Assembly (NCBI GenBank): GCA_031386895.1
Contig: JANNCT010000041.1
Coordinates: forward strand, 881 to 64,880
From: Polaromonas sp.
Lineage (GTDB): Bacteria; Pseudomonadota; Gammaproteobacteria; Burkholderiales; Burkholderiaceae_C
Direction: 5' to 3'
Length of the DNA: 64,000 nt
In this document: positions 7,883-17,412 of the stretch, one piece after another
Layout of the letters: each line of letters opens with the position of its first letter
Position numbering within the stretch: position 1 is the stretch's first letter
The notes under the pieces: model-generated
What the model was told of the DNA's origin: nothing
The model's database searches: none
What the model saw: the letters and a program-made list of their open reading frames with translations, nothing else
Program-made: the position numbers and the translations under genes

Positions 7883-9579
7883 AACAGAACCCGCCGGAAG
7901 TCGCTCAAAATTTGTCCGAGATAGGCATTAAAACGCGCAGCAGCTGCGCCATCGATAACTCGGTGGTCCCAAGTAAGAGACAGCGGCAACATCAGCCGTG
8001 GCTGAAATTCTGTGCCGTTCCACACGGGTTCCATATTGCTTTTGCACACACCCAAAATAGCGACTTCGGGCGCGTTGATGATGGGTGTGAAGTAACGCCC
8101 GCCAATACCACCCAGGCTGGAGATGGTGAAGCACGCGCCCTGCATTTCAGCCGGGCTGAGTTTGCCGTCCCGTGCTTTTTTGGCCAGCTCGCCCATCTCG
8201 GCGCTGATCTGCATCACGCCTTTTTTGTCGCAATCGCGAATGACGGGCACCATCAAACCGTTGGGGGTGTCGGCCGCAAAGGCGATGTGAAAGTATTGCT
8301 TGTAGACGATTGAATCACCATCAAGCGACGCATTGAAGTCTGGGAATTTTTTGAGCGCAGACACGCAAGCTTTGATGAGAAACGCAAGCATCGTTACCTT
8401 GATGCCCGACTTCTCGTTTTCTTTATTCGTCGCGACACGAAACGCTTCAAGGTCGGTGATGTCGGCATCGTCAAAGTTGGTGACTGCGGGAATGACGATG
8501 GCGTTACGCAGCAGGTTGGCACCGCTGATTTTTTTGATGCGGCCCATCTCCTTGCGCTCAATTGGGCCGAACTTGGCGAAGTCCACTTTGGGCCACGGTA
8601 GTAAGTCAATACCAACACCAGAACTACCTGATGCAGGAACTTTGGCAGCCTGCGCAACCGTTTGTACAGCGCCCGCCATCACCGACTTGGTGAACGCCTG
8701 CACGTCATCCATCGTGATACGGCCTTTGGGCCCCGCGCCTTTGACTTCGGCCAGCGGAACACCCAGCTCGCGTGCGAATTTGCGTACTGAAGGCGATGCG
8801 TGGGGCAGCGCGCCAGTAGGTGCGGTGGTGGGGTTGTGCGCGGGAGCGGCAACAGGCGCGGCTGCGATGGGCTGAGTGGATCCGGGATCAGACGAGGCGG
8901 AAACTGCTGGTGCAGGTGCCGGTGCAGGTGCAGGTGCAGGTGCTGGTGCAGGTGAGGCAACAGCAGCTGCCCCGTTCACCGCGGCCCCTTCCAGCACAGC
9001 AAGCAAGTCTCCAATATTGATCTTGTCACCCAGCTTGACTTTCAGATCTTTCAGCACGCCAGCGGCGGACGAAGGAATCTCCATGGAGGCTTTGTCAGAC
9101 TCCACAGTGACCAGCGATTGCTCAACCTTGATGCTGTCGCCCACCTTAACCAGCACTTCGATGACGGTCACGTCTTTGAAGTCGCCGATATCTGGCACAT
9201 GGATGTCGATTGGGCCACTGGAAGCAGGTGCAGGCGCAGCCGCCGCAGCGGGCGCTACTTTAGTTGCTATTATTTCAGAAGCTGCTTGCGCCCGTATTTC
9301 TTGCGCTGCAGGCACTTTTGATGCCAAATTCGAGTCTAAATCGGCACTTTCCAGGCTCAAAACGACAGATCCTTGTTTGACCTTGTCGCCGAGTTTGACT
9401 TTGACTTCTTTGACCACACCAGCTGCGCTCGACGGGATTTCCATCGAGGCTTTGTCTGACTCAACTGTCAGCAGCGACTGGTCTGCCTTGATAGTGTCGC
9501 CGGGCTTTACCAACAGCTCAATAACGGTAACTTCATCAAAATCACCAATGTCTGGAACTGCAATATCTATGGTTGCCAT
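7879..9579 (-). CDS. aceF: Dihydrolipoamide acetyltransferase (E2) of pyruvate dehydrogenase, two lipoyl domains
   Basis: 566 aa. It has two [12 protein letters not shown] lipoyl domains, Ala/Pro linkers including (AP)n, a subunit-binding domain (SPSVRKFARELGV) and the catalytic motif DHRVIDGA. Confidence 0.95.
   Translation of the reverse strand: MATIDIAVPDIGDFDEVTVIELLVKPGDTIKADQSLLTVESDKASMEIPSSAAGVVKEVKVKLGDKVKQGSVVLSLESADLDSNLASKVPAAQEIRAQAASEIIATKVAPAAAAAPAPASSGPIDIHVPDIGDFKDVTVIEVLVKVGDSIKVEQSLVTVESDKASMEIPSSAAGVLKDLKVKLGDKINIGDLLAVLEGAAVNGAAAVASPAPAPAPAPAPAPAPAVSASSDPGSTQPIAAAPVAAPAHNPTTAPTGALPHASPSVRKFARELGVPLAEVKGAGPKGRITMDDVQAFTKSVMAGAVQTVAQAAKVPASGSSGVGIDLLPWPKVDFAKFGPIERKEMGRIKKISGANLLRNAIVIPAVTNFDDADITDLEAFRVATNKENEKSGIKVTMLAFLIKACVSALKKFPDFNASLDGDSIVYKQYFHIAFAADTPNGLMVPVIRDCDKKGVMQISAEMGELAKKARDGKLSPAEMQGACFTISSLGGIGGRYFTPIINAPEVAILGVCKSNMEPVWNGTEFQPRLMLPLSLTWDHRVIDGAAAARFNAYLGQILSDFRRVLL
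9267..9313 (+). repeat. 47-bp dispersed repeat, copy B (perfect core), in frame in the aceF first linker
   Basis: ctattatttcaga AGCTGCTTGCGCCCGTAT ttcttgcgctgcaggc. Read as PAAQEIRAQAASEIIA. Confidence 0.9.
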
Positions 9580-9657
9580 GGTGTCTCTTCTCCAATCAGT
9601 TGGGGACAGAGCAACAAATCGATTTGCGTATTTGTTGGTCTTTCCCGCAAAAATAAG

Positions 9658-12399
9658 TTATGCGTAAAGCGGGTTGATTTTGTCGACGGCGATACCGTAT
9701 TTTTTAATCGCCTCGGCCACTTTGGCGACTGGCACGGTGCCTTCTTCGCTCAGCGCTTTGAGCGCCGCCACCACGATGTAATGGCGGTTGATTTCAAAAT
9801 GCTCGCGCAATTTACTGCGGAAGTCGCTGCGACCAAATCCGTCGGTACCCAGCACCTTGAAGGTGCGCCCTTTGGGAATGTAGTTGCGAATCTGTTCGGC
9901 AAAAGCCTTCATGTAGTCGGTAGACGCAATGACCGGCCCCAGGTGCTTTTCCAGCTGCTGGCCAACGAACGGGACGCGGGCAGCTTCAAGCGGGTGTAGC
10001 AAGCTCCAGCGATCAGCATCTTGACCATCGCGCGCCAGTTCGTTAAAGCTTGGGCAGCTCCAAACGTTGGCGGCGACGCCCCACTCTTTTTCCAGCAGCT
10101 CTTGCGCTGCAATTGATTCGCGCAGTATGGTGCCTGAGCCCAACAACTGAACACGCGGCGCATTGGCTGCGGCGGTGTCTGCACCCGGCTTGCACAAATA
10201 CATGCCCTTGATGATCTGCTCTTCAGTACCAGGCGTGAGGCCTGGCATGGCATAGTTTTCATTGAGCAGTGTCAAATAAAAATACACGTTGTCTTGCTTT
10301 TCCACCATGCGTTTTAGGCCGTGGTGCAAGATCACGCCAACTTCGTGTGCGAAGGTTGGGTCGTAGGAAATGCAGTTGGGAATCGTGCCAGCCATGATGT
10401 GGCTGTGGCCGTCTTCGTGCTGCAGGCCTTCACCGTTGAGCGTGGTGCGCCCTGACGTGCCGCCCAACAAAAAGCCGCGCGCCTGCATATCGCCCGCAGC
10501 CCAGGCCAGGTCGCCGACACGCTGAAAGCCGAACATGGAGTAATACACATAAAACGGAATCATGATGCGGTTGTTGGTTGAGTACGACGTGGCCGCTGCA
10601 ATCCAGCTGCTCATGCCGCCCGCTTCATTGATGCCCTCTTGCAGAATTTGACCCTTGGTGTCTTCTTTGTAGTACATCACCTGGTCTTTATCAACCGGTG
10701 TGTATTTTTGGCCATCGGGGTTGTAAATGCCGATCTGGCGGAACAAGCCTTCCATGCCAAATGTGCGGGCTTCATCGACCAAAATTGGCACCACCCGCGG
10801 GCCCAGCGCCTGGTCGCGCAGCAACTGCGTCAAAAAGCGAACGTAGGCTTGCGTGGTTGAAATTTCACGGCCTTCCGGCGTTGGCTCCATCACCGATTTA
10901 AACGTGTCCAGCGCAGGCACGGTGAAGCTTTCATCGGCCTTGGTGCGGCGGTGCGGCAGGTAGCCACCCAGGGCCTTGCGCCGCTCGTGCAGGTAGCGCA
11001 TTTCAGGCGTGTCGTCGGCTGGTTTGTAAAACGGAATGTCGGCCAGCTGGCTGTCAGGAATCGGAATACCAAAGCGGTCGCGGAAGGCCTTGATATCGTC
11101 GTCAGACAACTTTTTGGTTTGGTGAACGTTGTTTTTGCCTTCACCGATTTTGCCCATGCCAAAACCTTTGACGGTTTTGATGAGAAGCACCGTCGGCTGA
11201 CCAACGTGTTTAACTGCTGCGTGAAACGCGGCGTAGACTTTTTGCGAATCATGCCCGCCACGGCGCAAATTAAAGATGTCGTCGTCGCTCATTTTGGCAA
11301 CCATCTCCAGCGTTTTCGGGTTCTGGCCAAAGAAGTGTTTGCGCACGTAGGCACCGTCGTTGGCCTTCATGGCTTGGTAGTCGCCGTCGAGCGTATCCAT
11401 CATGACTTTTTTGAGCGCGCCGTCTTTGTCGCGCGCCAACAAGGGGTCCCAGCCGTTACCCCAAATCAACTTCAATACGTTCCAGCCAGAGCCGCGAAAC
11501 TCACCTTCCAGCTCTTGAATAATTTTGCCGTTGCCGCGCACCGGGCCATCCAAGCGCTGCAGGTTGCAGTTGATGACGAAGATCAGGTTGTCCAAGCGCT
11601 CACGTGCTGCCAGGCCAATGGCGCCGAGCGATTCAACCTCGTCCATTTCGCCATCACCGCAAAACACCCAGACTTTTCGGTTGGCGGTGTCAGCAATGCC
11701 GCGTGCGTGCAGGTACTTTAAAAACCGCGCCTGATAAATAGCCATCAGCGGGCCCAGTCCCATTGACACCGTGGGGAACTGCCAAAACTCAGGCATTAAT
11801 TTAGGGTGCGGGTAGCTCGACAAGCCCTTGCCATCGACTTCTTGCCTGAAGTTCAGCAACTGCTCTTCAGTTAGCCGCCCTTCAAGGTAAGCACGCGCGT
11901 AAACACCGGGCGATACGTGGCCTTGTATGTACAGACAGTCGCCGCCGTGCTCTTTGCCAGGTTCATTCGACTCGGCATGCCAGAAGTGGTTAAAGCCCGC
12001 GCCAAACAAACTGGCCAGCGACGCAAATGAGCCAATATGCCCACCCAAGTCACCGCCATCCGCCGGGTGCAGCCTGTTGGCTTTAACGACCATGGCCATC
12101 GCGTTCCACCGCATGTAGGCGCGCAGTCGCTTTTCAATTTCAAGATTTCCGGGTGAGCGTTCTTCCTGGTCAGGTTCCAGCGTGTTGACATATCCGGTGG
12201 TGGCTGAAAACGGCATGTCAATACTGCTCTGGCGGGCGTGCTCCAGCAGTTGCTCGAGTAAAAAATGTGCACGCTCCGGGCCTTCGCTGTCGATGACCGC
12301 GGACAGCGCGTCCAGCCACTCGCGGGTTTCTTGTGCGTCCTGGTCCAGTGCGCTGTTCGCGCTGCTGCCTGAATCGGTGGGAATGGGGTTGGCTGCCAT
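9658..12399 (-). CDS. aceE: Pyruvate dehydrogenase E1 component (homodimeric type)
   Basis: Long ORF 9658..12426. The preferred start is the ATG at 12399 (MAANPIPTDS), preceded by AGGAGA 7 nt upstream. The sequence is typical AceE (GHISSF-like GGHIGSFASLA, ThDP motif GDGEMDE). Confidence 0.93.
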   Translation of the reverse strand: MAANPIPTDSGSSANSALDQDAQETREWLDALSAVIDSEGPERAHFLLEQLLEHARQSSIDMPFSATTGYVNTLEPDQEERSPGNLEIEKRLRAYMRWNAMAMVVKANRLHPADGGDLGGHIGSFASLASLFGAGFNHFWHAESNEPGKEHGGDCLYIQGHVSPGVYARAYLEGRLTEEQLLNFRQEVDGKGLSSYPHPKLMPEFWQFPTVSMGLGPLMAIYQARFLKYLHARGIADTANRKVWVFCGDGEMDEVESLGAIGLAARERLDNLIFVINCNLQRLDGPVRGNGKIIQELEGEFRGSGWNVLKLIWGNGWDPLLARDKDGALKKVMMDTLDGDYQAMKANDGAYVRKHFFGQNPKTLEMVAKMSDDDIFNLRRGGHDSQKVYAAFHAAVKHVGQPTVLLIKTVKGFGMGKIGEGKNNVHQTKKLSDDDIKAFRDRFGIPIPDSQLADIPFYKPADDTPEMRYLHERRKALGGYLPHRRTKADESFTVPALDTFKSVMEPTPEGREISTTQAYVRFLTQLLRDQALGPRVVPILVDEARTFGMEGLFRQIGIYNPDGQKYTPVDKDQVMYYKEDTKGQILQEGINEAGGMSSWIAAATSYSTNNRIMIPFYVYYSMFGFQRVGDLAWAAGDMQARGFLLGGTSGRTTLNGEGLQHEDGHSHIMAGTIPNCISYDPTFAHEVGVILHHGLKRMVEKQDNVYFYLTLLNENYAMPGLTPGTEEQIIKGMYLCKPGADTAAANAPRVQLLGSGTILRESIAAQELLEKEWGVAANVWSCPSFNELARDGQDADRWSLLHPLEAARVPFVGQQLEKHLGPVIASTDYMKAFAEQIRNYIPKGRTFKVLGTDGFGRSDFRSKLREHFEINRHYIVVAALKALSEEGTVPVAKVAEAIKKYGIAVDKINPLYA

Positions 12400-12427
12400 G
12401 TTGTGTCTCCTGCGATAACTTTGCACG

Positions 12428-12460
12428 TAACGGGTTCAGATGGAAATTTTTAGCCCGTTA
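12428..12460. repeat. 7-bp perfect inverted repeat TAACGGG-N19-CCCGTTA in the aceE / sensor-kinase divergent region
   Basis: Read directly from the sequence, 29-61 nt upstream of the preferred aceE ATG. Confidence 0.5.
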
Positions 12461-12620
12461 AGTGCAATGTAGGTGTTTTTAAGCTTGGTTCTCTATTTTC
12501 GCACAATGAATTCAAATTTTCAAATTATGCGTACTGATTTCATATTAAGAAAAAAGAACCTGCGTGGCGAGACTTGTTGCCGCCTGATTTGATCCATTCA
12601 CTTAAACTCACCTGTGCCCT

Positions 12621-15224
12621 ATGGCCTACCTTCCACCACCTTCCCGCCTCATTGCCACCAACGCAGCACCCATGGCGCTGTGGCGTCGCTGGTGGCGCAA
12701 ACAATCGCCAGCGCGGCAAGACCGTTTCATTACGTTGGGGCCGCTGCTGGCGGTGATTTTGTTTTTGTGTGCGGTGGTGGCCGCTTTTGGCTACCTGCGC
12801 CTTGAAGAAATTGACCGCGAGCAGCAAGCCGTCAAGCGCGATGTGGAATACGCGCAGCAGCGCCTGCGCCTGCGGCTGCTAGAGCGCCAGGAGCAGCTGA
12901 TGCGGCTGGGCCGTGACATCTCAAACAACGAGGTCGATGCCGAAGAGTTTGTGGTGCAAACTGAAACACTGGTCAACCAGTACCCCGAGCTGCTGGCGGT
13001 AACCTGGGTGGATGCCCGGCGGCGGGTGAAGGCGTCGTACAGCTCGGCCAGTGCCAATTCAGCCCAGCTGCGCACGCCCGGCCAAACGCTGCAACCTGGT
13101 GAAACCGATGGCACTTACGACCTGGCGCGGGACCTGCGTCAGCCGGTGTATTCCCGCCCTTTTGACAGCAAACCCGACACCACCGCGAACACTTTGGAAG
13201 CCCGCAAGGGCGAGGCTGCCGCCCTGCAGTTGCTGGTCCCGCTGGAAGAGCAAACCAAATTTGGCGGCGTCATTCTGGCGGAATACTCAATTGAAGGCAT
13301 GCTGCGCTATGGCGTTCCTTCAGAAGTCACGGCCAAATATGCGGTGGCGCTGGTGGATGACAAAGGCCGCTTGCTGGCAGGCAGCCTGGCGCCCAAACGC
13401 AACCGTGCGGGCCAGTTGTTGCCGTGGATTGAAGACGCGGCTGAATACGAAATTCCTGTCTCGTTGGTCGGCAACGGTCTGTTGATTCGGGCACAGGGCT
13501 ATCGCGCTTCTCTGGGCGTGGTCGGTAGCGGGTTTTTCTGGCTCGTCAGCGCGTTAAGTGCACTCACCGTATGGATGCTGATAGGCACGTGGCGGCACAC
13601 CCGCAGGCGCGTGCAGGCGCAGCAGGCGCTGGTGATTGAAACCAACTTTCGCCGCGCGATGGAAAACTCCATGCTGACCGGCATGCGGGCACTGGATATG
13701 AATGGCCGCATCACTTATGTAAACCCTGCGTTTTGCCAGATGACCGGCTGGAGCGAGGCCGAGCTGGTGGGCAGCGCGCCGCCTTTTCCTTACTGGCCTG
13801 CCGGTGAGCAGCAGTCGCTGCAGGCGCGGCTGGCCGATGAGCTGCAAGGCCGCTCGCCGCCGGGCGGCTTTGAAGTGCAAATAAAGCGCCGCACGGGCGC
13901 CGTGTTTGACGCGCGCATGTACGTCTCGCCCTTGGTTGACCCGCGCGGCCTGCAAACCGGCTGGATGACGTCGATGACCGACATCACCGAGCCCAAACGC
14001 GTGCGCGAAGAACTCACCGCATCGTATGAACGGTTCACCACGGTGCTGGAGGGGCTGGATGCTGCGGTGTCTGTAGCGCCACTGGGCAGTGAGGAGCTTC
14101 TGTTTGCCAACAAGTTGTACCGCTCATGGTTCAGCGCCGATGTGTCGGGCCATTTGCGGCTGATTGCGCAGGCCGGCATGCCAGCAGCCACCTCCAGCGG
14201 CGACGGGATGGATGAAGTCGACGGACTGGCCGGCCTGCCGACCGACTCACTGACTGCAGCGCAAAGCAAAAACGCAGAAATCTTTATTCCTGAGCTCAGC
14301 AAGTGGCTTGAGGTGCGCTCCCGCTACCTGACGTGGGTCGATGGCCGCCTGGCGCAAATGGTGATTGCAACCGACATCACACCGCGCCGCCACGCTGAAG
14401 AGCAAACCGCGCAGCAAAACGAACGGGCGCAAACCGCCAGCCGCCTGATCACCATGGGCGAGATGGCATCGAGCGTTGCGCATGAACTCAACCAGCCGTT
14501 GACAGCGATTAACAACTACTGCAACGGCATGGTCACCCGCATTAAAGGCGACAAAATCACCACGCAAGAGCTTTTGGTGGCGCTTGAAAAAACTGCCAAG
14601 CAAGCCAGCCGCGCCGGGCAAATCATTCAGCGTATCCGCTCGTTCGTCAAACGCAGTGAACCCAACCGCACATTGGCCGATGTGGGCACGATGGTCAGCA
14701 ACGCAATGGAGCTGGCTGAAATTGAGCTGCGCCGCCACAACGTGCGCCAGAGCCACTACATCGCGGCGCGGTTGCCGCAAATCATGGTGGACCCGATTTT
14801 GATTGAGCAGGTGCTGATCAATTTGATGAAAAACGCTGCAGAGTCGATTGAACATGCCAAGCTGCCAGTTGCCCGCCGCAGTGTCGAGCTGCGGGTGGTG
14901 CCAAAAACCATCGACGACAAGGCGGTGGTGGAGTTTTCAGTGCTTGACACCGGCCTGGGTATGTCAGAAGAAGTTATGGCCCGGGTATATGAGGCTTTCT
15001 ACACCACCAAACCCGAAGGTATGGGCATCGGGCTGAAGTTGTGCCGCAGTATTGTGGAGTCCCACCACGGCCGGCTGTACGCGGAGAACCTTTACAATGC
15101 AGGCGCTGTAGTGGGCTGCCGGTTTACCTTCTGGATACCGGTAAAACCACTTGTAGACACGGCAGCATTTGCACTTAATTCGGTTCCTGACAATTTGTCG
15201 TCGAAGAACTCAAGCCTGTCTTGA
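12621..15224 (+). CDS. PAS-domain sensor histidine kinase (membrane-anchored, periplasmic sensor region)
   Basis: 867 aa. HisKA H-box SSVAHELNQPLTAI, N-box LINLMKNAAES, G-boxes DTGLGM and GMGIGL. PAS region around MENSMLTGMRALDMNGRITYVNPAF. An alternative start at 12672 (MALWRRWW) is possible. Confidence 0.88.
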   Translation: MAYLPPPSRLIATNAAPMALWRRWWRKQSPARQDRFITLGPLLAVILFLCAVVAAFGYLRLEEIDREQQAVKRDVEYAQQRLRLRLLERQEQLMRLGRDISNNEVDAEEFVVQTETLVNQYPELLAVTWVDARRRVKASYSSASANSAQLRTPGQTLQPGETDGTYDLARDLRQPVYSRPFDSKPDTTANTLEARKGEAAALQLLVPLEEQTKFGGVILAEYSIEGMLRYGVPSEVTAKYAVALVDDKGRLLAGSLAPKRNRAGQLLPWIEDAAEYEIPVSLVGNGLLIRAQGYRASLGVVGSGFFWLVSALSALTVWMLIGTWRHTRRRVQAQQALVIETNFRRAMENSMLTGMRALDMNGRITYVNPAFCQMTGWSEAELVGSAPPFPYWPAGEQQSLQARLADELQGRSPPGGFEVQIKRRTGAVFDARMYVSPLVDPRGLQTGWMTSMTDITEPKRVREELTASYERFTTVLEGLDAAVSVAPLGSEELLFANKLYRSWFSADVSGHLRLIAQAGMPAATSSGDGMDEVDGLAGLPTDSLTAAQSKNAEIFIPELSKWLEVRSRYLTWVDGRLAQMVIATDITPRRHAEEQTAQQNERAQTASRLITMGEMASSVAHELNQPLTAINNYCNGMVTRIKGDKITTQELLVALEKTAKQASRAGQIIQRIRSFVKRSEPNRTLADVGTMVSNAMELAEIELRRHNVRQSHYIAARLPQIMVDPILIEQVLINLMKNAAESIEHAKLPVARRSVELRVVPKTIDDKAVVEFSVLDTGLGMSEEVMARVYEAFYTTKPEGMGIGLKLCRSIVESHHGRLYAENLYNAGAVVGCRFTFWIPVKPLVDTAAFALNSVPDNLSSKNSSLS

Positions 15225-15262
15225 GCTGTATAGATAAAAGAGTTTGTTAAAGAAAGTTTGCT

Positions 15263-15889
15263 ATGAGCTTGATACCGAAAAAAGGCACCGTGTACGTAGT
15301 TGACGACGACGAAGGCGTGCGCGACTCACTGCAGTGGCTGCTCGAAGGAAAAGACTACCGCGTGCGGTGCTACGACTCAGCTGAAACTTTTTTAAGCCGC
15401 TACGACGCGCGCGAAGTCGCCTGCCTGATCGTCGACATCCGCATGGGCGGCATGACGGGCCTGGAATTGCAAGACAAACTCGTTGAGCGCAAGTCACCGT
15501 TACCGATCGTGTTCATCACCGGCCACGGCGACGTGCCAATGGCGGTGACAACCATGAAAAAAGGCGCGATGGATTTCATCCAGAAGCCGTTTCAGGAAGA
15601 AGCTTTGGTCAATCTGGTCGAGCGCATGCTGGAGCAAGCCAGAGCCGCTTTTGCGGGCCACCAGCAGTCGGCCAGCCGCGACGCGTTGCTGGCCAAGCTG
15701 ACGACGCGTGAAACCCAGGTGCTTGAGCGCATTGTTGCGGGCCGCCTGAACAAGCAGATTGCTGACGACCTGGGCATCAGCATCAAAACCGTTGAAGCGC
15801 ACCGCGCCAACATCATGGAAAAGCTCAATGCCAATACCGTGGCCGACCTGTTAAAAATTGCCTTGGGCTCGACGACTCCGAAAGGCTGA
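15263..15889 (+). CDS. FixJ/LuxR-family response regulator
   Basis: 208 aa. Receiver domain (VVDDDEGVRDSL, phospho-acceptor in LIVDIRMGGMTG, K in FIQKPF) plus a C-terminal LuxR HTH (LTTRETQVLERIVAGRLNKQIADDLGISIKTVEAHR). Confidence 0.92.
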   Translation: MSLIPKKGTVYVVDDDEGVRDSLQWLLEGKDYRVRCYDSAETFLSRYDAREVACLIVDIRMGGMTGLELQDKLVERKSPLPIVFITGHGDVPMAVTTMKKGAMDFIQKPFQEEALVNLVERMLEQARAAFAGHQQSASRDALLAKLTTRETQVLERIVAGRLNKQIADDLGISIKTVEAHRANIMEKLNANTVADLLKIALGSTTPKG

Positions 15890-15907
15890 TTCACCTCTTC
15901 CAAATTG

Positions 15908-15954
15908 CTATATATTTTATAGCTGCTTGCGCCCGTATCCATTTGGCTAACGGG
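15908..15954 (+). repeat. 47-bp dispersed repeat, copy C (perfect core), intergenic between the response regulator and folD
   Basis: ctatatattttat AGCTGCTTGCGCCCGTAT ccatttggctaacggg, followed by cgtttt. The segment GCCCGT..ACGGGC can pair. Confidence 0.9.
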
Positions 15955-15984
15955 CGTTTTTACTTGTAAATTCAAAAAATAGCC

Positions 15985-16851
15985 ATGACAGCCCAAATCA
16001 TCGACGGTATCGCCCTATCCAAACAACTGCGACTGAACGTCGCCCAGCGCGCCGCCGCCCTGCGCGCTCGCGGTGTGACGCCTGGCCTGGCAGTGGTGTT
16101 GGTGGGCGAGAACCCGGCCAGCCAGGTGTACGTTCGCAACAAGGTCAAAGCCTGCGAAGACAACGGCATTTACTCAGTACTTGACCGGCACCCCGCCACT
16201 TTGAGCGAGGCTGACCTCTTGGCGCGCGTTGATGCGTTGAACAACGACCCCGCCATACACGGCATATTGGTGCAGCTGCCACTACCCCCGCACATTGACG
16301 CGCACAAGGTGATTGAAGCGATTGCGCCCGCCAAAGACGTTGACGGATTTCACGTGGCCAGCGCTGGCGCATTGATGGTGGGCCAGCCAGGGTTTTGGCC
16401 CTGCACGCCCTACGGCTGCATGAAGATGCTCGAAAGCATCGCTAACCACGAAGGGGGCAAAGGCTATGACCTCAAAGGCAAACACGCAGTAGTCATTGGC
16501 CGCAGCAACATCGTCGGCAAGCCCATGGCGCTCATGCTTCTGCAAAAAAACGCCACAGTCACTGTTTGCCACAGCGCCACTGCAGACTTGAAAGCCATGA
16601 CGCTGCAAGCCGACGTGATCGTTGCTGCAGTGGGCAAGCGCAATGTTTTAACTGCCGACATGGTCAAGCCCGGCGCGGTGGTGATTGATGTTGGCATGAA
16701 CCGCGACGACAACGGCAAGCTGTGCGGTGATGTCGATTTTGATGCTGTGAGCAAGGTCGCGGGCTACATTACACCGGTGCCGGGCGGTGTGGGGCCGATG
16801 ACGATCACCATGTTACTGGTCAATACTTTGGAAGCTGCAGAGCGCTTGTAA
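15985..16851 (+). CDS. folD: Bifunctional methylenetetrahydrofolate dehydrogenase/cyclohydrolase
   Basis: 288 aa. Contains [23 protein letters not shown] and [11 protein letters not shown]. Confidence 0.95.
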   Translation: MTAQIIDGIALSKQLRLNVAQRAAALRARGVTPGLAVVLVGENPASQVYVRNKVKACEDNGIYSVLDRHPATLSEADLLARVDALNNDPAIHGILVQLPLPPHIDAHKVIEAIAPAKDVDGFHVASAGALMVGQPGFWPCTPYGCMKMLESIANHEGGKGYDLKGKHAVVIGRSNIVGKPMALMLLQKNATVTVCHSATADLKAMTLQADVIVAAVGKRNVLTADMVKPGAVVIDVGMNRDDNGKLCGDVDFDAVSKVAGYITPVPGGVGPMTITMLLVNTLEAAERL

Positions 16852-16957
16852 GTCGGGAGCAGATATCTTCGACGCCAAGAAGAGGAGAGAGCGGAGGACG
16901 CTGAGCAAGAAAAGATAAATTGAGTACTTAGCTCCTCTCCGCGCCCTGCGCGCTCTC

Positions 16958-17404
16958 CTACCCTTCGCGTTGAACTCCTCGCGTTTCAGCTCGGCTTAAA
17001 CCCCAAAGCGCAAACCCCGCACACAACCACTGGCCGAAACACATCGCGGTGCCCAGGCCGTGCAGCAGCTTTAAATTACCACCATCAGCGCGCGCGCTGA
17101 CGATGCGCGGTGACAAGCCAAACTCCACCAGTACTGCCAGCAGCAGCCCAGTTACTATAAATTTAATAGCTGCTTGCGCCCGTATATCTTGGGCTACAGC
17201 TTCTTTTTGGTTGTAAATCAGAAGTAAAAACATGGCGCAGGCAATACTAAGCCAGGTTTGTGCAGTAAAAAGTTTGGCCGCCATCTGCCCTGCTGCTGCC
17301 GGGCTGGGCAAGTGTGAAAAGAGCATCGGCACGACCATAAAACCCAGCGCAGTCAGGCTGCCCCACCAAAGGGCGGCAATCATCACGCCAAAACGATAGC
17401 GCAT
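16958..17404 (-). CDS. Small integral membrane protein (DUF4149-like), adjacent to greA
   Basis: 148 aa with four hydrophobic segments. The family assignment rests on my recollection of the betaproteobacterial greA neighbourhood. It contains repeat copy D in frame. Confidence 0.6.
   Translation of the reverse strand: MRYRFGVMIAALWWGSLTALGFMVVPMLFSHLPSPAAAGQMAAKLFTAQTWLSIACAMFLLLIYNQKEAVAQDIRAQAAIKFIVTGLLLAVLVEFGLSPRIVSARADGGNLKLLHGLGTAMCFGQWLCAGFALWGLSRAETRGVQREG
17155..17201 (+). repeat. 47-bp dispersed repeat, copy D (perfect core), in frame in the DUF4149-like membrane protein gene
   Basis: ctataaatttaat AGCTGCTTGCGCCCGTAT atcttgggctacagct. Read as AVAQDIRAQAAIKFIV. Confidence 0.9.
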
Positions 17405-17412
17405 TGCGCAGC

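Noticed and set aside
8884-8960. A hexanucleotide-periodic tract (ggtgca/ggtgcc repeats) that could be mistaken for a microsatellite or a CRISPR-like array.
   Set aside because: It encodes the (Ala-Pro)n inter-domain linker of E2, a standard feature of AceF. There is no spacer/repeat organisation.
16878-16940. A purine-rich / pyrimidine-rich pair (agaggagagagcggagg ... gctcctctccgcgcc) between folD and the membrane protein gene, considered as a bidirectional terminator.
   Set aside because: The complementarity is only about 7 bp with a roughly 45-nt loop, and there is no T-tract. This is not convincing.
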